20,000 nucleotides of DNA from Priapulus caudatus (Eukaryota): positions 671,708 to 691,707 of the forward strand of contig NW_014577079.1 in assembly GCF_000485595.1 (NCBI RefSeq), read 5' to 3'. The notes under the pieces were generated by a model, which saw nothing but the letters and a program-made list of their open reading frames with translations, had not been told where the DNA came from and ran no database searches. Shown here piece by piece: positions 10,134-19,872 of the stretch. Positions within the stretch are counted from its first letter, which is position 1, and every line of letters begins with the position of its first letter. The position numbers and the translations under genes are program-made.

Positions 10134-12015
10134 CAGGCGTGTACGATAAACGTAGCCAGGTAGGTATATTATACGTATATTATTATATATCTATATATAT
10201 ATATAAATAAACATGCGTATACACAGGAACACGCGCGTGCTCGCCCGCGAAATTTTTTTTCCCAAACGGTATAACATAGGAAGGATTTAGGCGCCTTCTG
10301 ATTGGCTGCTTCGATTTGCTTTGCCTTTGACAAGAGAACAAACGCCGATTTGTAAATGTTGTTTGTGTTTATGACCGCTAGATCAGTACGTTTTCTGATG
10401 TATTTTCCATGAAAAACGTATCTTTTCCTCATTAATATAAAGAGGTACGGTTCGGCATATTAGATAGTACCAGGGTACGTTCCGGCAGTACCCATGGGAC
10501 AAACCTCTCAGCGCCAGTACCTCTAGCATTCGTCAACATTGCATAATCAATGGGCCTAGTATGCCTTTAATTGTGTAATGACAATTTTCTCACTCAATAG
10601 GTATTATAGAGATATATACTGGAAGCTATATTGATTAATTTCTTCATTTTGGTTCATTATGACCAAATGTGACCTGCACATCAAGAAAAGGTCACCATAA
10701 ACGTCGAAGACTAGTTGAAATGACGACCCTAAACGGCGAAGGTTAACCTGAAAAAGTACCGCTTTTCTAAAGACGGCGGGGACGCTACAGGATTAAAATC
10801 CGACCCTTTTTCGGCATTTTCTCTGACGAGCATGCGTACCAAGTAATTTCCTTTGTGACCTCCCTGCGGGGCAACACTGACCATTTCCTTAGAAAAGAGG
10901 GAGGGGCTACCCCGAATCACCGGTCACATGCGTCTGTGCCTCCATGCACATTGCAATGTTTGTATTATTCAATGGGCTCTTCGTGTTCCTTCCTGCCGGG
11001 AAAAAGCCGCAGCCCTGTCTCGACACTATAGCACTTGCCTGGCTTGTCTTGACCAAGTGCTTTATATTTTATGTCAGATAAAAATTTACCCCGTATATAT
11101 AGTCCTACCGTACCATCAACGTTGATCGTAATATGTTTGTCTATGGTCCCACGAGGCAGGTGCTTGCGCCTGAATCTGAACATAACACCATTCATTTGAA
11201 CCATGGACTGTCAATAGAAGGAGGTATAAAAGCAAAGTTGACGTTTAGAATGTGTCCTTTACTCGCCGCGTATCGACAGCTAACGGACTGCCTGGAGGAG
11301 GATGGCTGACAGAGTGCAGTAACTGCATTACAATAGGTGAATAGACACTGTTTGAGTGTGACTCGACACTGAAGCTCTGTTAATAAGTTGCTCTTCTGCT
11401 TCTTTGTCTACAGGGAAGAGTAGGCTGTTCAGAGAGGAGTACGTGAATACATATACAGAGACTTACGTACGTCCGATCAGGTCATTATCATTTTCTGAGA
11501 GCAGTATCTGATCCTGTGTACAGACTCGCATCCCTTCAGAGTGTTATCATACTTAGGATTACCCTACTCTATGCACCAACGCAGAGTCCAATTAAGACTT
11601 ATGTTACATTCAACATATGTTACGTTACGTTCAACCCCGCAATGTAGGTAACCAGTTATATACTGACTAAATGGTAAAAAAATTGCCCCAATGCTAAACA
11701 TCAAACCCATAACTGACCATAAGCCAATTTCACAAGGACGACACAAGAGTGACGTGCCTGGTGCGTAATCATTGTAGATTTAGCAGCGTATCCCTGTGTG
11801 CATTCACGTGGCAATCCGTCCGTCTGGGTGCTGTCAGTATCCATCGCGGTTGGACGTGGATATGACAGGATGTGTGAGTGGGAGAGAGGAAGAAAGCTAA
11901 TCTCACCACAGCACTTGCGTGACATATATACGACTTATATTCGGCTATATTATAATACAGTATATAAATATATAATATTATGAATAAATAGATAAATATA
12001 TATATATATATATAT

Positions 12016-12054
12016 CAAGAGTGGATAATAGAGAATCTCTATTATCCACTCTTG
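12016..12054. repeat. Perfect 39-bp palindrome inside a (TA)n tract
   Basis: CAAGAGTGGATAATAGAGA-A-TCTCTATTATCCACTCTTG: 19-bp arms, 1-nt centre. The flanking TA repeats extend the stem. Confidence 0.95.
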
Positions 12055-12094
12055 ATATATATATATAATATATATATGTTGTGTATACAATATA

Positions 12095-12377
12095 CAGGTA
12101 TAGGTCCCGTTTTACGATGGTCCAGTTTACGACTTTTCACATTAACGACCTTTTAAAAATGATCTAAAAAATTGTAAATAACAAAATAAAATCGCAACTC
12201 AGTAACACACCGCAGCAACTCCTGTGAGCCCAAACACGCAATATGTTGTTCTTTTTGTTTTTCGTGGTGCATTGTGGGTGAAATGGTAGCATTATAATTT
12301 GGTCTTGTTTTACGACTTTTCATTTTACGACCCTGTTTTACTGGAACCTAACCCTGTCGTAAAACGGGGCCTACCTG
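12095..12377. mobile_element. pogo/Tigger-like MITE (283 bp, TA target duplication)
   Basis: TA|CAGGTA(TA)GGTCCCGTTTTACGA ... TCGTAAAACGGGGCCTACCTG|TA, with repeated TTTACGAC subterminal motifs. Confidence 0.88.
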
Positions 12378-12905
12378 TAATATGTGGGAGTTGCTAGAGG
12401 TGGTAAACAACAGTAGATAGCGTCCATAGGCAGCAGGCCTGAATATGCATCGAACAGATATTAATTAAAAATACTCACACTGTTACTTCGCTTACACGCC
12501 ATACACTATATTCATGTTAAATAACTACAGATTCATGCTCTATATGCTCCGCTCGAAACTTTTGCCAGCTCTATGATGCGAATTTCTACAAAGTTGTCTG
12601 ACTACATTTCCAACACAAATATGACCAACCGGTCGCTGTGACTACGCCACCTGACGGAATGTCACGAATACACAACAAGACCAATTTTACTTCTAATGCT
12701 TTCTAGACGTCCACGAGGCATCTAACTTGCGTGCATAATGCAAATTATTGCACTCTAGTGCTGAATTTCGGCGAAAAAAAAAGCCAAAAAAGGCATTTTC
12801 TAGAGACGAAATAGTGCAACGGTGAACAATCGTGGATGCTTACTGTTGTACGCCACCTAGAACACAAGCATCGAAGGAGGGTCACGTGATGTGGATGCAC
12901 TTGTG

Positions 12906-12971
12906 TTAGGATTAGGGTTATGGTCAAGATTAGGGTAAGGGTTAGGGTTAGGGTTAGGATTAGGGTTAGGG
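12906..12971 (+). repeat. Interstitial telomere-like (TTAGGG)n tract
   Basis: 11 in-register hexamers, 6 of them perfect TTAGGG. Confidence 0.9.
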
Positions 12972-13502
12972 AAATAAGGCCATGTCTAGCACGGAAGTAT
13001 GACTGTGAAATCTTTCTGTGGAAGAGTTGGACTTAGAAGCGTACGAAGTGACTATAGTGCTGCCACAAGCAACACCCGTAATATGTTGATATTTATCAGA
13101 TTTGATCGTAGATGTCCAACCCTGTGCTGAGGTAGGAAAGGGGCACTCCAGAGAAAGTGTAGTGATGCTCAGAAAGTGAGCATATATAAGGGCCAGTCAC
13201 TAGACAAATAATGTATCGAATACCAAGAAGTATTGAAGTGAAAGTGAAGTCGCCACTATATTAAGCACATTTCACCCTCCTGAAAGAGCTTGCAATTAAA
13301 TGAATATTGGTGTACAAACCTGAATCGTGTGATCTCTGTATGATCTATACTTTTCTAATATAATTTCCTATACCCAGTGATACCCAAATGAATTGTGTCA
13401 CCACTTAAAGCACAATAATATTTTTAAATACAACGTGTACATGTAATTATGTAGCACAACTACATAAATCATCGTCGTCCTCACCACCATGCACTATCCT
13501 AT

Positions 13503-13591
13503 CCCTAACCAAAAACTTTTACTTAATTTAACCCTAACTGCCTAAAAGCCTATCTAGGCTGCCCCTAACTCTAATGCTAACCTTACCCTAA
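13503..13591 (-). repeat. Degenerate (CCCTAA)n tract, opposite orientation to 12906-12971
   Basis: CCCTAA at 13503, 13532 and 13563, followed by CTCTAA, TGCTAA, CCTTAC, CCTAAG. Confidence 0.55.
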
Positions 13592-14431
13592 GCCCATCAT
13601 TAAACACTTGAAACCAAAAATAGCATTGAATCTCCAGTTAGTAATAAACAATTAATTTAAAAAACAGATTCCCACTACTGCGCTTATATATAATGGTTAT
13701 ATAATTTTCCTATTGTACCGCAGTACATTTATAAGTCATAATCGTATAATCGTATTGTCATAAAGGGAACTGATAAATAGTTTACTTTGTACGCATGTCA
13801 ATGTACTGAGAAAGTAAGATCATGCAGCACTGCAGGGCAATTGTTATTTGGATAGCGCTAGAGAAACAGAGACGTCTTCAGGAGAGCGAGCGCTCGCCTT
13901 CTGAACGACGCTGCGCGAGCGAGCGCGCGCGCGCAAGCTCCAGAGGCTATTCGCGCAGCGCGTGAGTTGTTTTCAAGATGGCGACGGGCAATCTGGCGAA
14001 TGCGAATCTAACATTTCTGACTTCAATTTGCAATCTATTTAAACTTCATTTCATTTTTCATTCATTCATTTACGTCTAAATTCAATTCGTATCAATTTCG
14101 TCTGCTAATTCGTTTAACAGTAGGCCCCCTACTTGTTCGAAGACATTAAAATCTCGCGATTAAAATCTGCTAAGTAACCCTCCATGGGGGCCGACATCTT
14201 GGATAAAGCGATCGCACAGCGTGCAGCGAGCGTTCTCATCGTGCGTTCGCTCTGTTGAACACGCCTCAGCTGGTGTGGGGGTGAGATTATCTCGTGGCAC
14301 AGAGTTGTAGGCCGTGTATTTAAGAGTGAAAGCATTTGCAGGAAGTAACATGTAAGGAAATACGGTATTTGGCGCTTCGCAAGTAGGCCATTGCTGGTAT
14401 TAGCATGAATGGCTCTGCTATATATATATAT

Positions 14432-14479
14432 TATCAGGAGTATATAATAGTATATATCTTCTATTATATACTCCTGATA
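14432..14479. repeat. Perfect 19-bp inverted repeat with 10-nt loop in a TA-rich tract
   Basis: TATCAGGAGTATATAATAG (14432-14450) / CTATTATATACTCCTGATA (14461-14479). Confidence 0.95.
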
Positions 14480-14714
14480 TTGTATATATATGTATAATGA
14501 ATAATAGTAAATATAACGCCAATAACTTATACAGTTATAGAAAGGTGCATGAGATTTATCTCAATATGCCTCCTTTCTTAGAATTTCTGCAAAAGTACAT
14601 TCGGACATTCAGCCAGCTTAGTCAGACACCCTCCCGTGCATTTAGAAAACCTACACCTGCCTGCACACACTTATACTATCGTTACTCCTTCGCCTTCGCA
14701 TCATCACATCTATT

Positions 14715-14797
14715 CAGGGTTCGCCCAGGCTGAAATTCAAAACAGGGGGAGGGAGGGGGAGGGGGAGGGGAAGGGGGACAACTAGGGGTCCGGGGGC
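14715..14797 (+). mobile_element. Possible solo hAT-like MITE end containing a G-run tract
   Basis: CAGGGTTCGCCCAGG start, six G3-G5 runs (14745-14777), then AGGGGTCCGGGGGC. No partner end found. Confidence 0.3.
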
Positions 14798-15239
14798 GTG
14801 TCTTTACCGTACAACATAATTAACCGGTAAATCGCCACCACACCGATAGACGGTATTTGGGTTCTTGTATCAATAAGCTAGGCGCTGAGTCGTGTACATT
14901 CGTGACAGGTTAACTGTGTATTGCGGTTAACTGTTGTACGTCTGCCAGTGCATGCGTGGTACGGTAAAATACCACCCGCGTTGTCCTGGTCGAAACCGCC
15001 AGATTACTGACGGTCGATTCGCGCGCTGGCAACCTTATTGTGTGTGGAATTAAAACGGGGCCGAGGTCATTTCAAACGCGGGGGCGTACAACGATTCAAC
15101 AGGGGGGAGTGTTCCCAAACGCGGGCGCGCGCCCTCGTGGCGCACACGTAGGGAGAAACCCTGTATATCTAGAATTGACCTATTTCCGCTGTTAATGCTC
15201 ACTCTCCTCAGCTCCTGATGTGCGACCACTGAGCACCAT

Positions 15240-15400
15240 ATATAAAACATGTATGTTTGAGTATTACAGGATTATCCATTACTATATATCATACATAATA
15301 TATATATATATACTAATATGTATATACATATACATATACGCAGATGATGGTGGGGATGATGATGATATAGTGATGGTGATGATAAATCGAATAATGGATA
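15240..15400. repeat. Low-complexity (TA)n and (GAT)n region
   Basis: TATATA/CATA runs followed by GATGATGGTGGGGATGATGATGAT... Confidence 0.75.
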
Positions 15401-16450
15401 TCAAGGATGTTTAGTAAGTTCTGCTTACGTTGTTCAGCTGCGGTGTGACACTTTGGTTGAATGGCGGTATCCGCTTAGCCGGAAATGTTTAGTTGTGTGG
15501 GTGGTCGATGGTGGATGGGTGGCAGCGAAACCGCGGAGGAAGGGGGATCCGCGAGCATGTTTACCGGAAAATTTCCCGATGGACAACATGGCTACCGTCA
15601 ACGTCAGGTACCGTACGTGGTGTGCAGACTATAAATAATATTAGCGGATAACATGATGAAAAATTATTACTTTGTGTAGGCTTCATGCGCGTTCGACTTG
15701 ATTGGATGAAACCGTTACCGGATAATCCTAGTTGGTTGCATGGTCTTTTGTGGTTGGAATAACACGGAAGGAGAGTGCTAGACGTTTTTGTAGCAGTCAT
15801 GGGAGGTGGCATGTGTGCGTGGGTTGGCGGCTTTGTCCACTATAGCAACTTCCATGACCGCTTCTTCTGGTTCATAGAAATATAGCACACTAATAACTGT
15901 AACACAAAAACCATGCGTGATGCGTAGCGCATATATCTCCTATATATATGCAAGTGATAACTCCTAGCAATGGGTGTTTTACAGTTTAGCACGAATAGTC
16001 CGGCAGAATAGGGCATATGGTTTGCATGGAGGTATATAGTTTTTCTTATACGTTCGTTTCTTATGTTCTTGCACCAAATAGCATTCTAACACTGGCACGT
16101 TGCTCCACGTTGGGGAATTTTATTTATGTAGATTTTCCAAAACCCGCACTCCCGTGCATAAACAATTGAATTTGGATTAAATAAAGCCTAAAGTGTCGGC
16201 CAGTACTAGTGATGCCAATCGCCCTGTTTTCAAAATTATAGTATACCATCCTTACAGATGGCATTTGAACCTTTTGAAATAGTTGTAGACTAATACCGCA
16301 TACTATCCTGAATTAGCCATCAACCTGTGGTTTTATTTACCGGCTACATCCGCTTCCCTTATGTGTAAACAGTGGGGAAAACCACTGAAAACGAGTTTTT
16401 ATAATACTACAATAAGCATTTCGTACAAATTTCAAAACAAAATCCGTTTG

Positions 16451-17687
16451 CTAATCGCCTCCTCCTCCTCTTCCGTCGTCCCATCAAGGCTCGTGTTGGA
16501 CGACTCTATTATGTTCATTACAACATCGCACTGCCTGAACAATGCAACAACTGACATGACCCAGTCTACCAATGTTACCAAACACAGCTTGACTTGCATG
16601 ACTCTCCCGAGAAACCAGAACACTGATGAGCTTGAGTCTAATCTGGTGCTGGGAGTCGACAGGAAGTGACCGGCCTGTAGGGACCGTAGTTTCCTCATCC
16701 CTACCGTGACCCAGCATATCCATGGGATCAAGCTGGATGGCTTGTAGGGCATGTCTCCCGATGCACAGCCTGATAGTTGTTCTTTTGACCTTTGTTCTTT
16801 GAAATCTTCATTGGTGGTGGCAGAGTGCCACAGCCTTCGGTGTACCTGTGCCCTTTCTACCTAGGCCCGTCTTGTCAACTTTAATGCTGACTCACTTCAG
16901 TCATGATTTGGCATCAATGCATGTTGATAGCATGCTGAGACAAAAGCTTGGACGCGCACGCACATCATTAAAAGTCCAGCAGTCTGATTCACAGGAGGCT
17001 CAGCTGCAAATTTCCATCCTCGGAAGAGTTTTCAACATCTGCCCTTTCCCGTATCCGTGGCCCTGTGGAACAGTGTCGCAACCTGTCAGGGCATGGGTGT
17101 ACCATTGTCGGAACTGTATATGGAAAGCTTATGCCACTGTCAGCCTATATATAATATATCCACAACAGCTGCTGCCCTTTCCTTGGGACGACCCTGGCAA
17201 TTATTATAGGATGTTACGCCCTCTTCATCGAGGTAATGTACCTGCACAAAGCGTACCCATCTGTCCTCTGCCTGCAACAATGTACTCTTTCTGCTTCTCT
17301 TCTTGTGCGCATAATCGCCTGTGCTGTGCCGCGTAATCTCTTCTCATGCGTCTGTCTTGAGGTCTGTTCTTCTGATTCACTAAGCCGTATGGAGACATCG
17401 TTACAGACTCAATCTGGCCAGTCATGACTCACGTGTGGGGAATGGCCCCCAGTAACATCCATGCACCTTTAACGTCCCTCCCACCCTAACTTTGGATCAG
17501 TGCTCTTGTTCTGAGAGATGTTTAAAATCTGGTCTGGTGGAGGGAGCGGTGATGACCTGTAATTGGAACACGCACATACCACCTGGACCCGCGTGCCTTC
17601 GGCTGAACATTGTGCTGTAGTGAATATAGCCTGTCAAAGCCGAGATAATACATCCCCATCCTTAGGCGCGTTTGTACCGATTCCTTT
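16451..17687 (-). pseudogene. C-terminal region of an Academ(X)-type DNA transposon protein: XPG/FEN-like nuclease domain, Cys-rich (Cys8/CXC) domain and acidic tail, heavily frameshifted
   Basis: Manual minus-strand translation across frameshifts gives motifs in the expected order: (D)VYL.FDR(Y) ~17630-17655; SPLPPPDQILNISQNK ~17505-17552; DLKT.THE ~17343-17365; degenerate (E)DTD(V)YAL ~17247-17272; uninterrupted THALTGCDTVPQGHGYGKG 17098-17042; FVSACYQ ~16924-16944; LPP.NE.FKE..KR..YQA ~16767-16823; LDPMD..W ~16710-16732; PAPD..LKLI ~16625-16652; Cys-rich segment ending CCNEH ~16511-16620; EEEE tail before a TAG at ~16451. Superfamily assignment rests on recalled AcademX domain architecture. 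Confidence 0.8.
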
Positions 17688-17690
17688 GCA

Positions 17691-18124
17691 CTTCACAAGT
17701 GGCTAGCACTGCACCCTCGACAGTCCTGCTTCTCCCACCGTGACAGCTGTACGGGCGAGCCTCAACAGTTGGAGACGCCAGCACTCTACACATCTGCACC
17801 CGAGAATACGACGCCCAAAACATTGTTTATCAAGAGCTTTGAATATGAAAAGTGCACCCCTCGTACATGCCTGTTCTAAATCACAGTTTTTGTCATTTAC
17901 ACCATATTCTACTTACTATGTCGGCCGGGGTTCTAAGTGGGGTTGTGCTGTGAAATAAATTCAACGTACACAGTTTTACGCATACTATCATCTCTTAACT
18001 GATTTGTAACTATTGATATGTGTGCAAGTTATTTCTCCATTTTTCCCTCAATTTCCTATTGTGTCCGATTATAGTAGAGCATAGTAGCCACGATTTTGCA
18101 GTGGGCCACGGGTACCGCCGCTAG
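17691..18124 (+). mobile_element. Second, indel-rich copy of the Helitron 3' end with helicase tail
   Basis: Reads approximately L.VA.LH.DS.CFSH(G)QLY (TGC TTC TCC CAC at 17727-17738), continues as the homologue of 9377-9481 to ~17848, and ends CACGGGTACCGCCG-CTAG|T (CTAG 18121-18124). Confidence 0.8.
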
Positions 18125-18662
18125 TATTAAATCAAGGGTGTGTAGCGTAAATTCCGCACCACTCCTGCCAGAGATGACAGTTGGGATCCTTGAAGTAGAC
18201 TATGAAGGCAACCTTAAGCAATAAAAAAAACTATATACCTATTGGCAAGGTTCAAGTAAAAAAAGCCATCTTTCTGCCGGACCTAGAAATAAAGACCGGC
18301 CATCTCGCAAAGGCGCCCAGCTAACTAGTTTTTTTGGGCTTTGACGTGCCGTTCGAATACACTATGTTCGGCAATTTTTGTTTGTGCTAGTGAGAGAATT
18401 TTCTCAGTACTTCGTATTACCGTCCCCCAGGCTCCGCGCTCACAACCAGGTCGGTACGCGCGCACACAGCAAAACACCGCCGGACACACGCTCACTGCAC
18501 ATGCTCGCGCGCACGGCACACACAGACCGGCGTGTCCGATCAACGAGCCCAGGTAGGTATATTATACGTATATCTATCCTATCTTAAATATACTACCATA
18601 AGTATATCTATATAATATATCACCTAAACCATGCTATACACACGAACACGCGCGTGCTCGCC
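17743..18662 (+). repeat. Direct duplication of 9376-10245
   Basis: Colinear from ACAGCTGTACG to ACACGCGCGTGCTCGCC. Differences are mostly 1-2 nt indels; similarity stops abruptly after 18662. Confidence 0.9.
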
Positions 18663-18711
18663 ACGTGCACCCACTCACTCCAGCGCTACACCGCGCCCAA
18701 TGCGTATATAT

Positions 18712-18738
18712 CAGACGTCGATATAATATCTACTTCTG
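18712..18738. repeat. 27-bp near-perfect palindrome in a TA-rich tract
   Basis: CAGACGTCGATAT-A-ATATCTACTTCTG: 13-bp arms, 2 mismatches, flanked by TATAT/ATAT. Confidence 0.75.
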
Positions 18739-18838
18739 ATATCATAATATATATATAGAAGTTTTATAATTAACACCACCAAATGGCTCGAGGCGTAGAA
18801 TATATGAGCGCGAAACGCAGCACGTGCCGAATGTTTTC

Positions 18839-18920
18839 TGCACGTGTAAAACGAACCGCTCACGGCTACGGTTCCAGCTGCATAAACTGATCATATTTGT
18901 GTTCGTGTACTTGCGGGTGT
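18839..18920 (+). pseudogene. Possible remnant of a Cys8/CXC zinc-finger coding segment
   Basis: Removing 1 nt at ~18872 gives CTCKTNRSRLRSSCIN*SYLCSCTCGC, with Cys at 6 of 8 positions of C-x-C-K-x2-C-x4-C-x-C-x6-C-x3-C-x-C. The two missing Cys codons (CGC, TCC) are each one substitution from TGC. Confidence 0.35.
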
Positions 18921-19603
18921 CACTATAGATTCCACCGACAATATATCGATATGTCACGAGCACGAGCTTAGTGAATGGGGGTGTCACCCTTGAGCTGTCC
19001 TGGCGTGGTGTGTGACGGATGTATCGTAAGCGGGAATAATCATAATGCAGTGTCCTCGGGTCGTCTCGGGGAATCTACAACGATGGATGCTGGCTGATAC
19101 GTGATGCTGATATGCTTTGGGTGCATGGTTGCCTATACGCTTTAGCCGTGTAGTGAGTGCAGTACTGGAGATTTTGAGATGAACATATCTTGAAATTGTA
19201 TGCATCGGTGATCATGCAAGAAATATAATCTATATATGCATGCCCATGTATTATATGTCAGCAATAATGATGATAATTAAAATATATATAGATTATGAAA
19301 TTGTTTATGTTGCCTAGTAGATAACAGTTGGCTCTGTTTAGTGATATTTTTGCTAATTTATCAAACTAATGCACCATACACCACTAACATCTGTTGGGAT
19401 GGGTATAGGCCATCGTTAATTACTGTAGTCCTTGTCTGGTAATTTCCATCTTATGGCACACGTTTGGTATTTCAAAACAACTTTTAAATGTCACGTGGTT
19501 GCAGATGATTAACATGAAGATTAATCATGTATAGTGATTTCATTATAATTAACTAAATTCGTATTATTCTAACAAACATTATACAATAACAGTATTAGCA
19601 GCA

Positions 19604-19872
19604 GATAGAGGGAGAGAGAAAGCAAATGGACGCAGAGGGAAAGAGAGCGCAGGGGGAGAGTGCCGTGTGCAAATGAGAGAGAGGAGAGAAGCGGAGAAAG
19701 AAAGAGAGGCAAGAGAGAGAGAGAGAGGAGCGGGGGGGAAGAAAAGGGAGAGAGAAGAGAGGAGAGAGAGAAGCGAAGAAAGAGAGAAAGGGAGGGAGAG
19801 TGGAGGCATGAATAGGAGCGAGCGGCGAAGCGAGCCCCAGACGAGAAGAGAGAGAGTAGTTGCGGAAGAGAG
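19604..19872 (+). repeat. Degenerate (GA)n / polypurine tract
   Basis: ~270 nt dominated by G and A. It accounts for the L/S-rich and R/E-rich ORFs predicted here. Confidence 0.9.

Larger units (their letters stand above)
8329..10566. mobile_element. Kolobok-like non-autonomous element with TTAA target duplication, nested in 8145-10871
   Basis: Perfect 46-bp TIR AGGCATACTAGGCCCATTGATTATGCAATGTTGACGAATGCTAGAG (8329-8374 / 10521-10566). TTAA at 8325-8328 and 10567-10570. A 5'-AGG terminus with TTAA fits Kolobok rather than piggyBac (5'-CC). Confidence 0.85.
8145..10871. mobile_element. CCC...GGG-terminal non-autonomous DNA transposon (possibly animal EnSpm/CACTA-like), ~485 bp once the nested element is removed
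   Basis: Left end CCCAG(G)nTCAC...ATTACTTAATATGCATGCTCGGCAAAG pairs with the right end read in reverse, CCCCGCAGGGAGGTCAC...ATTACTTGGTACGCATGCTCGTCAGAG. CAACA flanks both sides (8140-8144, 10872-10876). ACCCTAAA(T/C)G(G/A)CG-type subterminal repeats occur in both arms (~8211, 8246, 8278, 10724). Superfamily is inferred. Confidence 0.7.

Noticed and set aside
12970..13196. ~75-codon stop-free minus-strand frame with a nearly open antisense frame
   Set aside because: No recognisable motif or convincing splice-site pair; within chance expectation.
14803..14969. Small TTTACCGTAC...GTACGGTAAA inverted repeat as a MITE
   Set aside because: Only ~10-12 bp, two competing right ends, and low-quality-looking sequence.
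17230..17290. LQAEDRWVRFVQVHYLDEEG as BEL/Pao retrotransposon pol
   Set aside because: Better explained as the frameshifted DTDV region of the XPG-like domain, consistent with flanking motifs on both sides.
16848..17336. 162-aa plus-strand ORF (also 16361-16669)
   Set aside because: Antisense shadows of the minus-strand Academ-like coding sequence.
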